Notes: generated by a model from the letters alone, not told the origin. DNA of 28,327 nt from Promethearchaeota archaeon (GCA_018238625.1 JABCSY010000052.1:1-28327); one strand, 5' to 3'; positions 9,467 through 18,681 are shown, counted from the stretch's first letter. Numbers and translations are program-made.

Positions 9467-10291
9467 TTAAGTTGAGAGATTTTTAATCCAATTCTCCCAT
9501 ATTTGTACAAATTCCGTTAATTTTGGTTTATTTAATGAGTAATAAATATACTTTCCATTTTTCCATCCTTTAACGAATCCTGTTTTCTCTAATTTCTTAA
9601 TATGATGTGAAGATGTAGATTGAGATTTACCGATAAACATCTGTATCTCATCCAATTTTAATGGTAGAGTTTTTAATATTTCTATTATTAAAAATCTATC
9701 AGGATTTGAGAGCGATTTCATCCATTCAACTAAATTGATTTTTTCACCAAAAACTTCTATTTCAAGCATTGGATTTAGGTCTTCATTTGTTTGTTCAAGA
9801 AAATTTCTTCTTTCTAAGAGATTATTAATTTGAGAGGGTAAAATATTTTTATCTGGTTGAATTAATCGTTTAATCTGTTCAAATTTTTCATTACCTTTCT
9901 TAAGTTTCTTTTTCACTTGATGATTATACATTGCGAGTTCTATTGTAGGTAGAAGATCATCTTCATTCGTGATAGGTTTTACTATGTAACCATAAGGTTC
10001 CGATAATTTGGCTCTATTTAATGTTTTTTTATCTCCATATGCAGTTATAAATATAATGGGAATATTATAGTTTGTATTAATAATTCTAGCTGTTTCAATT
10101 CCATCCATAGTTCCCGCTAGAATTATATCCATTAATACCAAATCAAGTTTTAAATTCTTGATTTTGGAAATTGCTTCTTCTCCAGAAGAAACAATAGCAA
10201 TTGGATTGTAGTTTGATTTTTTTAAAAGAACCGCTATTGCTTCAGCGGTAATTAATTCGTCTTCAACAATCATTACTTTTATTTGCGCCAT
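9467..10291 (-). CDS. Response regulator: receiver domain plus C-terminal ArsR-type wHTH
   Basis: Intact REC motifs (IVEDE, LVLMDI, IFITA, YIVKP). C-terminal LSNPDRFLII..SQSTSSHHIKKLE..KNGKYIYY. ATG 10291 preferred over 10327. Confidence 0.9.
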   Translation of the reverse strand: MAQIKVMIVEDELITAEAIAVLLKKSNYNPIAIVSSGEEAISKIKNLKLDLVLMDIILAGTMDGIETARIINTNYNIPIIFITAYGDKKTLNRAKLSEPYGYIVKPITNEDDLLPTIELAMYNHQVKKKLKKGNEKFEQIKRLIQPDKNILPSQINNLLERRNFLEQTNEDLNPMLEIEVFGEKINLVEWMKSLSNPDRFLIIEILKTLPLKLDEIQMFIGKSQSTSSHHIKKLEKTGFVKGWKNGKYIYYSLNKPKLTEFVQIWENWIKNLST

Positions 10292-10320
10292 TTTACTATT
10301 TCTTATAGTAATTTTTAAAA

Positions 10321-12609
10321 TTACCAAGTGATCATAACATGAGTTCCATTATTTTTTTCAATAGAAATCTTTCCATCCATTTGTTTGGTTATAGTGGATA
10401 TAAGTTTTAATCCTAGCGTATTTGAATTTTTATAATCTACATCTTTGGGAAATCCTATTCCATTATCATACACATCTAATAATGTTCTATTGTTTATGGT
10501 TTTTTTCAATGTAACAACAATTTTTCCGTCATTATTTTTAGAAAATGCATGTTTTAATGAGTTAGATACAAGTTCATTTATAATTAAGCCACAAGCATTG
10601 GCTTTGTCTAGACTTAAATCAATATTTTCAATGTTCAATTGTAGTTTAATCTGTTTGGAATTTGCTGAATAAACTTTAAATAGATTATTAACAAGGTTTT
10701 TTATGAATGATGAAAGACAAATCTTATTCAAGTTTTCGGAGTTGTATAACGCTTGGTGTATTAGAGCCATAACTTTAATACGACTCTGGAAATCCTTAAA
10801 AATATGGAGAACTCTTTCATCTTTTACATATTGTTCTTGTAGTACTATTAAACTTGAAATTATTTGTAAATTGTTTTTTACCCTATGATGGATTTCTTTC
10901 AGGAGTATTTCTTTTTCAGATAGGGAAGATTCCAGTAGGGATTTATTCTTTTTCTGTTCAGTTATATCAATTATATTCATATATAGAGCAGGATTTCCTT
11001 GGAGTAGAATCCTTTTTAAATATTGTCGAGTAAACAAATAATTTTCATTTTTTTTCTTCATTCGTATTTCAGATTGAAATGAAGATATATCTTCATTTAA
11101 AATTTTATTATACTTTTCAATAGTTATTTGTAAATCTTCAGGATGAATATGCTCGGTTATAGTGTTTAGATTCCAAGATAATAGTTCATTTATTGAAAAT
11201 CCTAAGATATTAGATATACCTTTGTTTGCAAAAATTATTCGTTCATTAGCAATGATAAGCGTACCCAACAAGGATTGTTCTGTGAGCATTCGATATTTTT
11301 CTTCACTTTCTCTTAGCTCTTTTTCAGTAGAATCACGAACAATAACACCTGCAAGAACATTCGCTATAGATTGTAAAAAATTGATATCATTTTTTGAAAA
11401 TATCCGATATTCTTTTGTATGAGCTCCTAAAATACCAAATGGGGTGTTTTTTCCTTGAATAATAACACTCATTCCGCTAATAACATCATGATCCGCAAGA
11501 AGTTTTGGGGCATGAAATCTAGTTTCAGTTTTTAAGTTTTCCGCAATTACTGGAGTAGTTTTTAGTAATGTAAAACCCGCTTGCGAATTTATATTATTTT
11601 CAACAGTGGCATTTCCAACTAATCCTTTATGCCAACCAACTCCTGCCAGTAATTTTAAAGATTTCTTATCAGGAAGAATTTCAAGTATTTTCGTAAACTC
11701 AACATCCAATATTTTTGCAAGTAAAGATGTTGCATATTTAAATAAGTTATCAATTTTTTTTTCAGTAATAGTTTCCAAGCCAAATTTGGCAATCAAAGCT
11801 TGTCTATGGATATGATCTTCAATGCACTGTTGGATTTCCATGTTTTCCGTTAAATCATGGGAAACACAGAGAATTCCTATAATTGTGTTTTGATCATTAA
11901 AAATTGGTGCGTGATTTGAAGAAAATTGTATATAAGTTCCATTTTTTTTTTTTAATCGAATTTCAATATTTTTAACAAATGTACCTTCCAATCCTTTTTT
12001 AATTCCTTTAGTAAGAATTATTTTATCATTAGGATGAATAAATTTATAGATGCTTAAGTTAAGGGTTTCTTCTTTATTATATCCTAAAATATCATTAAAA
12101 GCATTATTAACATCAAGAATATTTGTGTTTAGATCTAATGTATAAATCATACAGTTAGAAATTTTTAGTAATGTTTGAAATTTCGTTTCAGTTAAACTTT
12201 GAGAAAAATTAAAATTTTTTAGTTTATTGAAGGAATCTGCATTTTTTATCTCTCGTTTAATAGTAGGAATTAGGCGATTTAGATTATCCTCTTTTATGTA
12301 ATCATTTATTCCAGTTTCTATCAAGGAAATCATCGCTTTTTCATCTATTTCTTTTCCAATAACAATATAGGGAATCTTTTTTTTTTTTTCTTTAATAATT
12401 CTTAATATTTCTATTCCGCATAGTGTCCATGCTTTATAGTCGGATAATATAATATCCCATGTTCTTTTAGATAACACGGAATATAAATTGATATGATTTT
12501 CGATGAATTCCAATTGCACTTTGAAGTTATTTACTTTTAACTTTTGTATTATTGGAGATACTACATCTTTAGAATCAGAAATGAATAGTATATCATATTT
12601 TTCACTCAA
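10321..12609 (-). CDS. Cytoplasmic hybrid sensor histidine kinase REC-PAS-GAF-PAS-HisKA_2-HATPase
   Basis: WDIILSDY (REC), two IHPxD PAS motifs, GAF (AGVGW..SQAGFTL..FLQSIANVLA), EIHHRVKNNLQ H-box, NELVSNSLKHAF, DNGIG, LGL. No TM segment. Confidence 0.93.
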   Translation of the reverse strand: MSEKYDILFISDSKDVVSPIIQKLKVNNFKVQLEFIENHINLYSVLSKRTWDIILSDYKAWTLCGIEILRIIKEKKKKIPYIVIGKEIDEKAMISLIETGINDYIKEDNLNRLIPTIKREIKNADSFNKLKNFNFSQSLTETKFQTLLKISNCMIYTLDLNTNILDVNNAFNDILGYNKEETLNLSIYKFIHPNDKIILTKGIKKGLEGTFVKNIEIRLKKKNGTYIQFSSNHAPIFNDQNTIIGILCVSHDLTENMEIQQCIEDHIHRQALIAKFGLETITEKKIDNLFKYATSLLAKILDVEFTKILEILPDKKSLKLLAGVGWHKGLVGNATVENNINSQAGFTLLKTTPVIAENLKTETRFHAPKLLADHDVISGMSVIIQGKNTPFGILGAHTKEYRIFSKNDINFLQSIANVLAGVIVRDSTEKELRESEEKYRMLTEQSLLGTLIIANERIIFANKGISNILGFSINELLSWNLNTITEHIHPEDLQITIEKYNKILNEDISSFQSEIRMKKKNENYLFTRQYLKRILLQGNPALYMNIIDITEQKKNKSLLESSLSEKEILLKEIHHRVKNNLQIISSLIVLQEQYVKDERVLHIFKDFQSRIKVMALIHQALYNSENLNKICLSSFIKNLVNNLFKVYSANSKQIKLQLNIENIDLSLDKANACGLIINELVSNSLKHAFSKNNDGKIVVTLKKTINNRTLLDVYDNGIGFPKDVDYKNSNTLGLKLISTITKQMDGKISIEKNNGTHVMITW

Positions 12610-13018
12610 ATTTCATGCACTACACTAAATATTCTTTTTTTTCTAATACTCTATAGAAATTCTTTAATTATAATATTGGAATTTTCATTAAAAAAATATC
12701 TGTTTATATTAACTACATCCAAACTTTCATTCTAATGTTCTTAATAATATTAAAAAAAAATGCTTTAAAATAAATCTTTTGAATATAAATCGAAATAGGT
12801 TAATATTATTAGTCCAGTAAAGGATTTTTATGGCAGTATAAATTTTAAGAATATTCTTCCATTTTTCACTGGGATTCTCTGTAATTTATCATTCTAAAAA
12901 TTTTTTCGTAAAATTTATAAATGAAAAAATGTAGAAAAACTCATATAAAAGATTTTAGATTATTATTTAAATCTTTTTGTTTCAAAAAATATATAATCCT
13001 AAAAATAGGAGAAAAAAA

Positions 13019-13504
13019 ATGGTAAAACTAACAAATGAAATGAAAGAAGGTTTACGTGTTCCTGGTAAAGGAGGCAGTTTAATTTATTTGGCAACATCAT
13101 CATTAGATGGTAAACCAAACATAGCCGCAATGCGTTATATAGATACAGTAAAAAACGATAAGCTTCTGGTTGCAGATATGTTCTTGCTTAAAACTAAAGC
13201 GAATCTTAAAGAGAATCCCGAATGCATCATAGCAATATGCCATCCAATGGACTCTGGAAGAGACTGGATCTTTAAAGGTAAAGCTGTTGATATCGAATAT
13301 GGTTATCCTCCCGAATTCGATTGGTATGGTGTTTCAGCTAAAGAAGTTTTAGATGGTTGGGGTGACTGGCATAATAAAGAACCTCCAGATGAAGTTCCTC
13401 CAGATGTCGTTTATCCTAAAGCAGCACAACGTGGAGTTGTAGTATTACATGTGGAAGAAATTTATTCTATTGAAAATGGAAAAGTAGGGGAAAAAATACA
13501 ATAA
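13019..13504 (+). CDS. Pyridoxamine-5'-phosphate-oxidase-like (flavin-binding split-barrel) protein 1
   Basis: YLATSSLDGKPN, ADMFLLKTKANLKENP, FKGKA and VEEIYS motifs. ATG 13019 follows AGGAG. Confidence 0.85.
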   Translation: MVKLTNEMKEGLRVPGKGGSLIYLATSSLDGKPNIAAMRYIDTVKNDKLLVADMFLLKTKANLKENPECIIAICHPMDSGRDWIFKGKAVDIEYGYPPEFDWYGVSAKEVLDGWGDWHNKEPPDEVPPDVVYPKAAQRGVVVLHVEEIYSIENGKVGEKIQ

Positions 13505-13517
13505 GAGGGGAAAAAAT

Positions 13518-13934
13518 ATGGCTGTAAAACTAACTGATAGAATGAAAGCTTGGATTAAAATTGGTTGTCATTTAAATGTGGCAAGTAAAACCGGGATCCC
13601 GTTTGTGACTGTATCAAGAAATATTAAATCTGTTTCTGATGATGAGGCTGTCTTTGCTTTGTCTCAAGATGAATATTCTGTGATTGAGTCAGCTTTATCT
13701 GAAAACCCTTGGGTTGCATTTGGAGTATCTCAATTAGGAGGTGTCCGTGCGTGTTATCAATTCAAAGGCAAAGGAAGTGTAGATAAAGAAGGCGAAATTT
13801 ACAATTTAAAAGTAAAAATATCTGAATTGTATTGCACCAAACCAGGATGCTATGCTGGACAAAGACTTGATACTAAACCCGCGAAAGATTGTGAAGAATG
13901 GGAGCATGGTCTTTGGAAAGATTTACCAAAATAA
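13518..13934 (+). CDS. PNPOx-like split-barrel protein 2 (divergent paralog)
   Basis: VASKTGIP, LSENPWVA, YQFKGKG and ISELYCTKPG..AG motifs. Same M(A)VKLTxxMK start as its neighbour. Confidence 0.75.
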   Translation: MAVKLTDRMKAWIKIGCHLNVASKTGIPFVTVSRNIKSVSDDEAVFALSQDEYSVIESALSENPWVAFGVSQLGGVRACYQFKGKGSVDKEGEIYNLKVKISELYCTKPGCYAGQRLDTKPAKDCEEWEHGLWKDLPK

Positions 13935-13956
13935 TAAACTTATAAATAAAACATAA

Positions 13957-13967
13957 TTTTTTTTTTT
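13957..13967 (+). terminator. Archaeal-type oligo-T terminator candidate after the split-barrel pair
   Basis: Run of 11 T starting 23 bp after the stop at 13934. Confidence 0.4.
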
Positions 13968-14034
13968 GAATTTAATGTATAATTAAAAATGAAATTTTAT
14001 TAGATAATAAAAATCAAACGATCACACAAACATA

Positions 14035-14352
14035 ATGAATGAAATTAATTCTGAAGAAAATATTGAAGAGAAAAAAATAATTAAGAAGAAACCAAAAAAA
14101 ACTCCGAAGCAATTTCCGTGGTTTATGCCCTTTATGTGTGATGGGTGTGGTGATTGCGTTGAAGCTTGTCCACAATCCGGCATTAAATTATTGGGTCTTG
14201 ACAGAAAGGTTCCATGTGCTTGGCTTATTTATCCGGATTATTGTATTGGATGTGGTAAATGTGCAGACGCTTGTCAATGCTCAGCAGTTCAAATGACTGC
14301 GTATGTAGAAAAAGCTATTGAAAGGTATAAAACTAAAAAGCCTTTCCAATAA
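14035..14352 (+). CDS. 2x[4Fe-4S] ferredoxin
   Basis: CDGCGDCVEACP and CIGCGKCADAC motifs. Confidence 0.9.
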   Translation: MNEINSEENIEEKKIIKKKPKKTPKQFPWFMPFMCDGCGDCVEACPQSGIKLLGLDRKVPCAWLIYPDYCIGCGKCADACQCSAVQMTAYVEKAIERYKTKKPFQ

Positions 14353-14404
14353 AGTTTAACAAAATAAATATATTTTAAAAAGAAAATAAAAGAGGAAATT
14401 AAAA

Positions 14405-15469
14405 ATGGTATTTGACTTAAGAAGATGCGATTTTTCAAAATGTAAGGGAGAATGTCTTGCGAGGTGTTTGTTCGTTGATTACGATGAAGATCAAGCTAAA
14501 GCAGATATGGCTAAATTGATACATCTACAACCTGCAGATATACTTGCTAAATGTGTAACCTGTTATGCGTGTAATGAATTTTGCCCCCAAGGAGCAAATC
14601 CATGGGATTTAATTAATCAAATGCAAGAAAAAACGGGTCTATATTTATATCCAGAAGAAGCTAAAAAAACTGCATTAGGGTGGGCGAAAAAAGAGGATAA
14701 GATTATTAAAGGAGATCTTGGTAAACCTGCATTGTCTATAGGAGGTTTTGCTGATGCTCTTCCATATGATAAAGTGTTTAAAGGAAAATTATTTGAGGGC
14801 ATCTCTTTAATAATGGGAGGGTCATACGCTTGTAGAGCACCTGAAACCCATATGTGCGATGCCAATTCGTGCATAGATAATCTACCTTCACTAATTAAAA
14901 AACTAACAGATACAGGTTATAAAGAGATAATTTTCTACCATGATGCCTGTTATGGTTTTGTAACATCGGAAGCATTAGCAATGATGATTGAAGTTCCTTT
15001 TAAACCTATTCATATTATGGAATACATTAGAAACTGGCTCCGTGATAATAAAGATCTTATTACGCCACTGAATATGAAAATCGCATATCAACGACCTTGT
15101 ACTTCAAGATATAACCCCCATGGAGAGCTTAAAGAAGATTTATATGATTGGATGGAACAGACTTTTGAATTACTTGGTTGTGAGCTTGTAGAACGAAAGT
15201 ATCAAAAGGAGAACTCTATGTGCTGTTGTTCTGGAATTTTTCCAACCCAGAAAAAGAGGGCAATGGGGTATGTCAAACAAAATCTTCAGGATGCTAAAGA
15301 TGCCGGAGCGGAAGCTTATGTAACATTTTGTCCAATCTGCACTGCTGTAATGCGAAATACAGCTAAAAATATGGAAATGACACCTTACTATATAGTTATG
15401 CTAGTACAGAAAGCTCTTGGAGAAGAATTGCCGATAGGTGGCGCTGGAATTGGTATACCAGTTCATTAA
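14405..15469 (+). CDS. Fe-S oxidoreductase, ferredoxin plus CCG-domain protein (HdrD/GlpC-like)
   Basis: N-terminal CKGECLARC and CVTCYACNEFCP. CCG-type YQRPC..MCCCSG..FCPIC. The first CCG domain is degenerate. Confidence 0.82.
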   Translation: MVFDLRRCDFSKCKGECLARCLFVDYDEDQAKADMAKLIHLQPADILAKCVTCYACNEFCPQGANPWDLINQMQEKTGLYLYPEEAKKTALGWAKKEDKIIKGDLGKPALSIGGFADALPYDKVFKGKLFEGISLIMGGSYACRAPETHMCDANSCIDNLPSLIKKLTDTGYKEIIFYHDACYGFVTSEALAMMIEVPFKPIHIMEYIRNWLRDNKDLITPLNMKIAYQRPCTSRYNPHGELKEDLYDWMEQTFELLGCELVERKYQKENSMCCCSGIFPTQKKRAMGYVKQNLQDAKDAGAEAYVTFCPICTAVMRNTAKNMEMTPYYIVMLVQKALGEELPIGGAGIGIPVH

Positions 15470-15507
15470 AAATTATTATACAATTTTTTTTATATAGGTG
15501 AATATTA

Positions 15508-16254
15508 TTGAAAGTTTTGATTAGTATCCGTTCATTAGAAGAGTTAATCCCTACTATTGATGGAGGAGCTGACATAATCGATTTGAAAAATCCTAGTGAA
15601 GGTTCACTTGGTGCTGCTTTTCCTTGGTTGATTAAGGAAATTAGAAATTTTGGTAATGACTTTACTTTGAGTGTTGCTATTGGAGATATGCCCAACTTGC
15701 CAGGGACTGCAGCACTTGCTTCTTCTGGTGCAGCAGCTTGTGGTGCAGATATTGTTAAAGTAGGCCTCTATGGTCCTCGTTCTTTAAAGGAAGGAGCTAG
15801 ATTATTAAAAAGCGTAGTAAAAGCAGTAAAAGATATTAAACAAAATATTCTAGTTGTTGGAGCAGGTTACGCTGATTTCAAATTTTTTAATGGAATTGAT
15901 TCAATGGATATTCCTTCGATATGTAATGCAGCTGGAGCAGACATAGCAATGTTAGATACTTATTCAAAAACGGGTCAAAAATTATTCGATTTCATAGATT
16001 CTAAAAAATTAAGAAAATTTGTTATTAAATCTCACGAAAATAACTTATTAGCAGCTTTAGCTGGTTCACTCGAGCTAAAAGATATAAAAAAAATCGATAA
16101 TTTAGGGGCAGATATTATCGGATTCAGAGGTGCTGCTTGTAGTGGATCCGATAGGAAAAATGGAGTTGTAGAAATCAATAGGGTAAAAAAAATTATAGAA
16201 ATCTCACAAAATCTAAATAACAATGATAAAATTTTAAGATCTGCTACAATGTAA
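15508..16254 (+). CDS. mfnB: (5-formylfuran-3-yl)methyl phosphate (4-HFC-P) synthase
   Basis: GGADIIDLKNPSEGSLGA, SVAIGDMP..PGTAALA, VKVGL, MLDT..K, ALAGSL and DIIGFRGAAC are characteristic DUF556/MfnB motifs, and the Schiff-base lysines are retained. Confidence 0.92.
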   Translation: MKVLISIRSLEELIPTIDGGADIIDLKNPSEGSLGAAFPWLIKEIRNFGNDFTLSVAIGDMPNLPGTAALASSGAAACGADIVKVGLYGPRSLKEGARLLKSVVKAVKDIKQNILVVGAGYADFKFFNGIDSMDIPSICNAAGADIAMLDTYSKTGQKLFDFIDSKKLRKFVIKSHENNLLAALAGSLELKDIKKIDNLGADIIGFRGAACSGSDRKNGVVEINRVKKIIEISQNLNNNDKILRSATM

Positions 16255-16326
16255 TAAAATTTTGTTAAGAAAATATAATATTATAGAAAAATGAATTATA
16301 AACTTACATAAATTGAGATAAAAAGT

Positions 16327-16581
16327 ATGACTAATATGAAAATTAAACATTCTCCTGAAAAATGTTATGCGTGTAAAACTTGTGAATTAATATGTTCTTT
16401 TCATCACACGAAAACTTTTCAACCATCTATTTCAAGTATTTCTGTTGAGAGAGACCATATTAATGGAATTTGGCGTTGGACCTTAATGGATACATGTGAT
16501 AAATGTCAAGGCGAAGAACAGCCCTTATGTGTAAAATTTTGTTTTTATAATGCAATTTCGTTTGAGGAGGTTGATGATTAA
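16327..16581 (+). CDS. Small Fe-S protein, AOR-associated ferredoxin-like subunit
   Basis: CYACKTCELICSFHH and CDKC..PLCVKFC motifs. Ends 1 bp before the AOR start. Confidence 0.82.
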   Translation: MTNMKIKHSPEKCYACKTCELICSFHHTKTFQPSISSISVERDHINGIWRWTLMDTCDKCQGEEQPLCVKFCFYNAISFEEVDD

Positions 16582-16582
16582 A

Positions 16583-18502
16583 ATGAATGAATTTAATATC
16601 CGCGGGGGAATCACGGGAAAAATACTTAGAATAAATTTAAGTGATGAAACCGTAAGTGTAGAAGATAACGAATACGCAAAAAGATGGATTGGGGGGAGGG
16701 CTCTAAGTAGTTGGATACTTCTAAATGAACTAGAATCCAACGTAAAATGGGATGATCCAGAAAATTATCTTATTTTTGGCACAGGTGCCCTTGTAGGAAC
16801 GCTTACTCCAGCAGCATGCCGGATGAATATTGATACTTTAAATGTTTTCAATAATGGCAAGGGATCATCCAATTTTGGTGGACACTTCAGCCCTGAGATG
16901 AAGTTTGCTGGTTTTGATCAAGTTATAATTAGTGGAAAAGCAGAAAAACCCATATATCTCTTTATAGAGGATGGAAAAGCTGAAATACGGGATGCTGGTC
17001 ATTTATGGGGTAAAAACACATTTGAAACAGAAGAACTCCTTAAAACCGAACTAAATGATAATAAAATTGAAGTTGCCTCAATAGGACCCGCTGGAGAGAA
17101 TCTTGTTCGTGGATCTGCTATCATCATAGATTGTGGTCGAGCAGCTGGAGGGTCAGGTGTTGGATGTGTAATGGGAGATAAAAAAATAAAATCAATCGTT
17201 GTTCGAGGACATAAAGAGGTAAAGGTTGCTTACCCTGAGAAATTTATTGAACGGGTATATGAAACATATCAGAAAATAATGAAACGCCCTACAGCTAAAT
17301 TATTTAGAAGAAGAACGCTCGCAGGATTAGTATATAACGATTCTGAACAATTCGATGAACTTTGGGAGATGATGCATACCGTCAGAAATTCCCAAGATGT
17401 CCATTGGTCTCGTGAAAAAAGAACAAGAATGATGGGTAAAAATGGCGTTGGAAGGTTTTTCAAAAAAATTCAAGCGTGTTATGCTTGTCCAGTGGGGTGC
17501 CAGCCATATTCAGAAATTGAGGAAGGAAGATATAAAGGTACTAAGGGTTTAGGATATTGGATAAATTCTGTAATGTGGTCAGGTAAAATGGATATTTCTG
17601 ATCCAGAAGCATCATTGAAATACCATATTCGTGCCAACCAGTTAGGTTTGGATGGGGATAATTCTTCTGTCGTGATGGCATGGGCATTTGAGGCATATGA
17701 GAAAGGATTGTTAACGAAAGACGAAACTGATAATCTAGAATTAATATGGGGAAATGTAGATGCAATGATGGAATTACAAGAAAAAGTAGCTTACCGCAAA
17801 GGTTTTGGAGATTTTCTCGCAGATGGCGTGGTTGAGGCAGCAAAAAAGCTTGGAAAAGGCTCAGAAAGATTTGCTATTCACCAAAAAAACCAAGACACTC
17901 TTGATCCTTATAGACTTGCGAAGGGTTGGTCTTTAGCATGTGCAACATCACCTGTAGCAGGACGTCATATGAGAGGTAGTATCAATCTCCCTATCGCATT
18001 TGGTCCTAAAGGAGTTAAATTTAATCCTTACTCTTATGAAGACCAGCCACCAATCGTATTCTGGGAATTAATTTCAAAAGAAATCGAAGATATCATAGGA
18101 ATTTGCGTCTATGTTGGAACATGGTCCGGTGTATACGCGCTTGAACGGCCTGATTACGTTGACTTAACTAATTTAGCGCTTGGAACTAACTTAAATGAAG
18201 AAGAATTCACGTTACTTGGACAGAAATCATATAACTTAGAAAAAGCGTTCAATACTTTACATGTGGGATTCACACGTAAGGATGATTTACCACATCGGAG
18301 ATTCTTTGAAGATCCAATCCAATCTGGACCCCATAAAGGTGAAAAATTAGATATTACTAAGTATAATTCAATGCTGGATAAATTTTATGAACTTCATGGT
18401 TGGGACAAAAAAACGGGATGGCAAACCCGTGAAACTTTAGAAAAATTAGGATTAGATGATGTAGCGGAAAAATTAGCCAAAGCGGGACGCTTAATTGAAT
18501 AA
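16583..18502 (+). CDS. aor: Tungsten-containing aldehyde:ferredoxin oxidoreductase (AOR/WOR family), atypical clade
   Basis: GKILRINLS, SNFGGHF..EMKFAGFD, SIGPAGENLVR, GCVMGDKKIK, CYACPVGC, LGLD, LADGV, GIC and FYELHGWD motifs. ATG 16583 preferred over 16550. Confidence 0.93.
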   Translation: MNEFNIRGGITGKILRINLSDETVSVEDNEYAKRWIGGRALSSWILLNELESNVKWDDPENYLIFGTGALVGTLTPAACRMNIDTLNVFNNGKGSSNFGGHFSPEMKFAGFDQVIISGKAEKPIYLFIEDGKAEIRDAGHLWGKNTFETEELLKTELNDNKIEVASIGPAGENLVRGSAIIIDCGRAAGGSGVGCVMGDKKIKSIVVRGHKEVKVAYPEKFIERVYETYQKIMKRPTAKLFRRRTLAGLVYNDSEQFDELWEMMHTVRNSQDVHWSREKRTRMMGKNGVGRFFKKIQACYACPVGCQPYSEIEEGRYKGTKGLGYWINSVMWSGKMDISDPEASLKYHIRANQLGLDGDNSSVVMAWAFEAYEKGLLTKDETDNLELIWGNVDAMMELQEKVAYRKGFGDFLADGVVEAAKKLGKGSERFAIHQKNQDTLDPYRLAKGWSLACATSPVAGRHMRGSINLPIAFGPKGVKFNPYSYEDQPPIVFWELISKEIEDIIGICVYVGTWSGVYALERPDYVDLTNLALGTNLNEEEFTLLGQKSYNLEKAFNTLHVGFTRKDDLPHRRFFEDPIQSGPHKGEKLDITKYNSMLDKFYELHGWDKKTGWQTRETLEKLGLDDVAEKLAKAGRLIE

Positions 18503-18681
18503 TAATTATGGATTGACTGAAGATGTAGTCGAGCAAAAAAGGAGTAAAATTATTTTTTATATTTCTTGAAATATTAACGCTCCTTTGAATATAAGCTTTC
18601 AAGTCGTTGTTCTAGTATAAATTATTCTTGTCTCTTTATTAGCTCTATTGGTGTTTACTTCCAGTCATTCTTTGCGAGCAA
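18502..18681 (+). repeat. 180-bp direct repeat, right copy (non-functional duplicate of the EFR1 3' end)
   Basis: Matches 8561-8740. Begins at the last base of the AOR stop codon. The EFR1 stop TAA is TAT in this copy. Confidence 0.95.

Noticed and set aside
10445-11815. Short plus-strand ORFs inside the kinase, and similar shadow ORFs in the surface protein, vapB, CCG protein, mfnB, AOR, TPR and helicase genes
   Set aside because: They are antisense or off-frame shadows of long motif-rich CDSs, with no independent features.
14405-18502. Class II benzoyl-CoA reductase (BamB/C/D) interpretation
   Set aside because: The AOR has no Cys at the position expected for the BamB tungsten ligand, and no HdrA-like BamE or aromatic-CoA pathway genes are present.
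8561-18681. Repeat pairs as DGR template/variable repeats
   Set aside because: Mismatches are not confined to adenines on either strand in the 180-bp pair or the surface-protein pair, and no reverse transcriptase is present.
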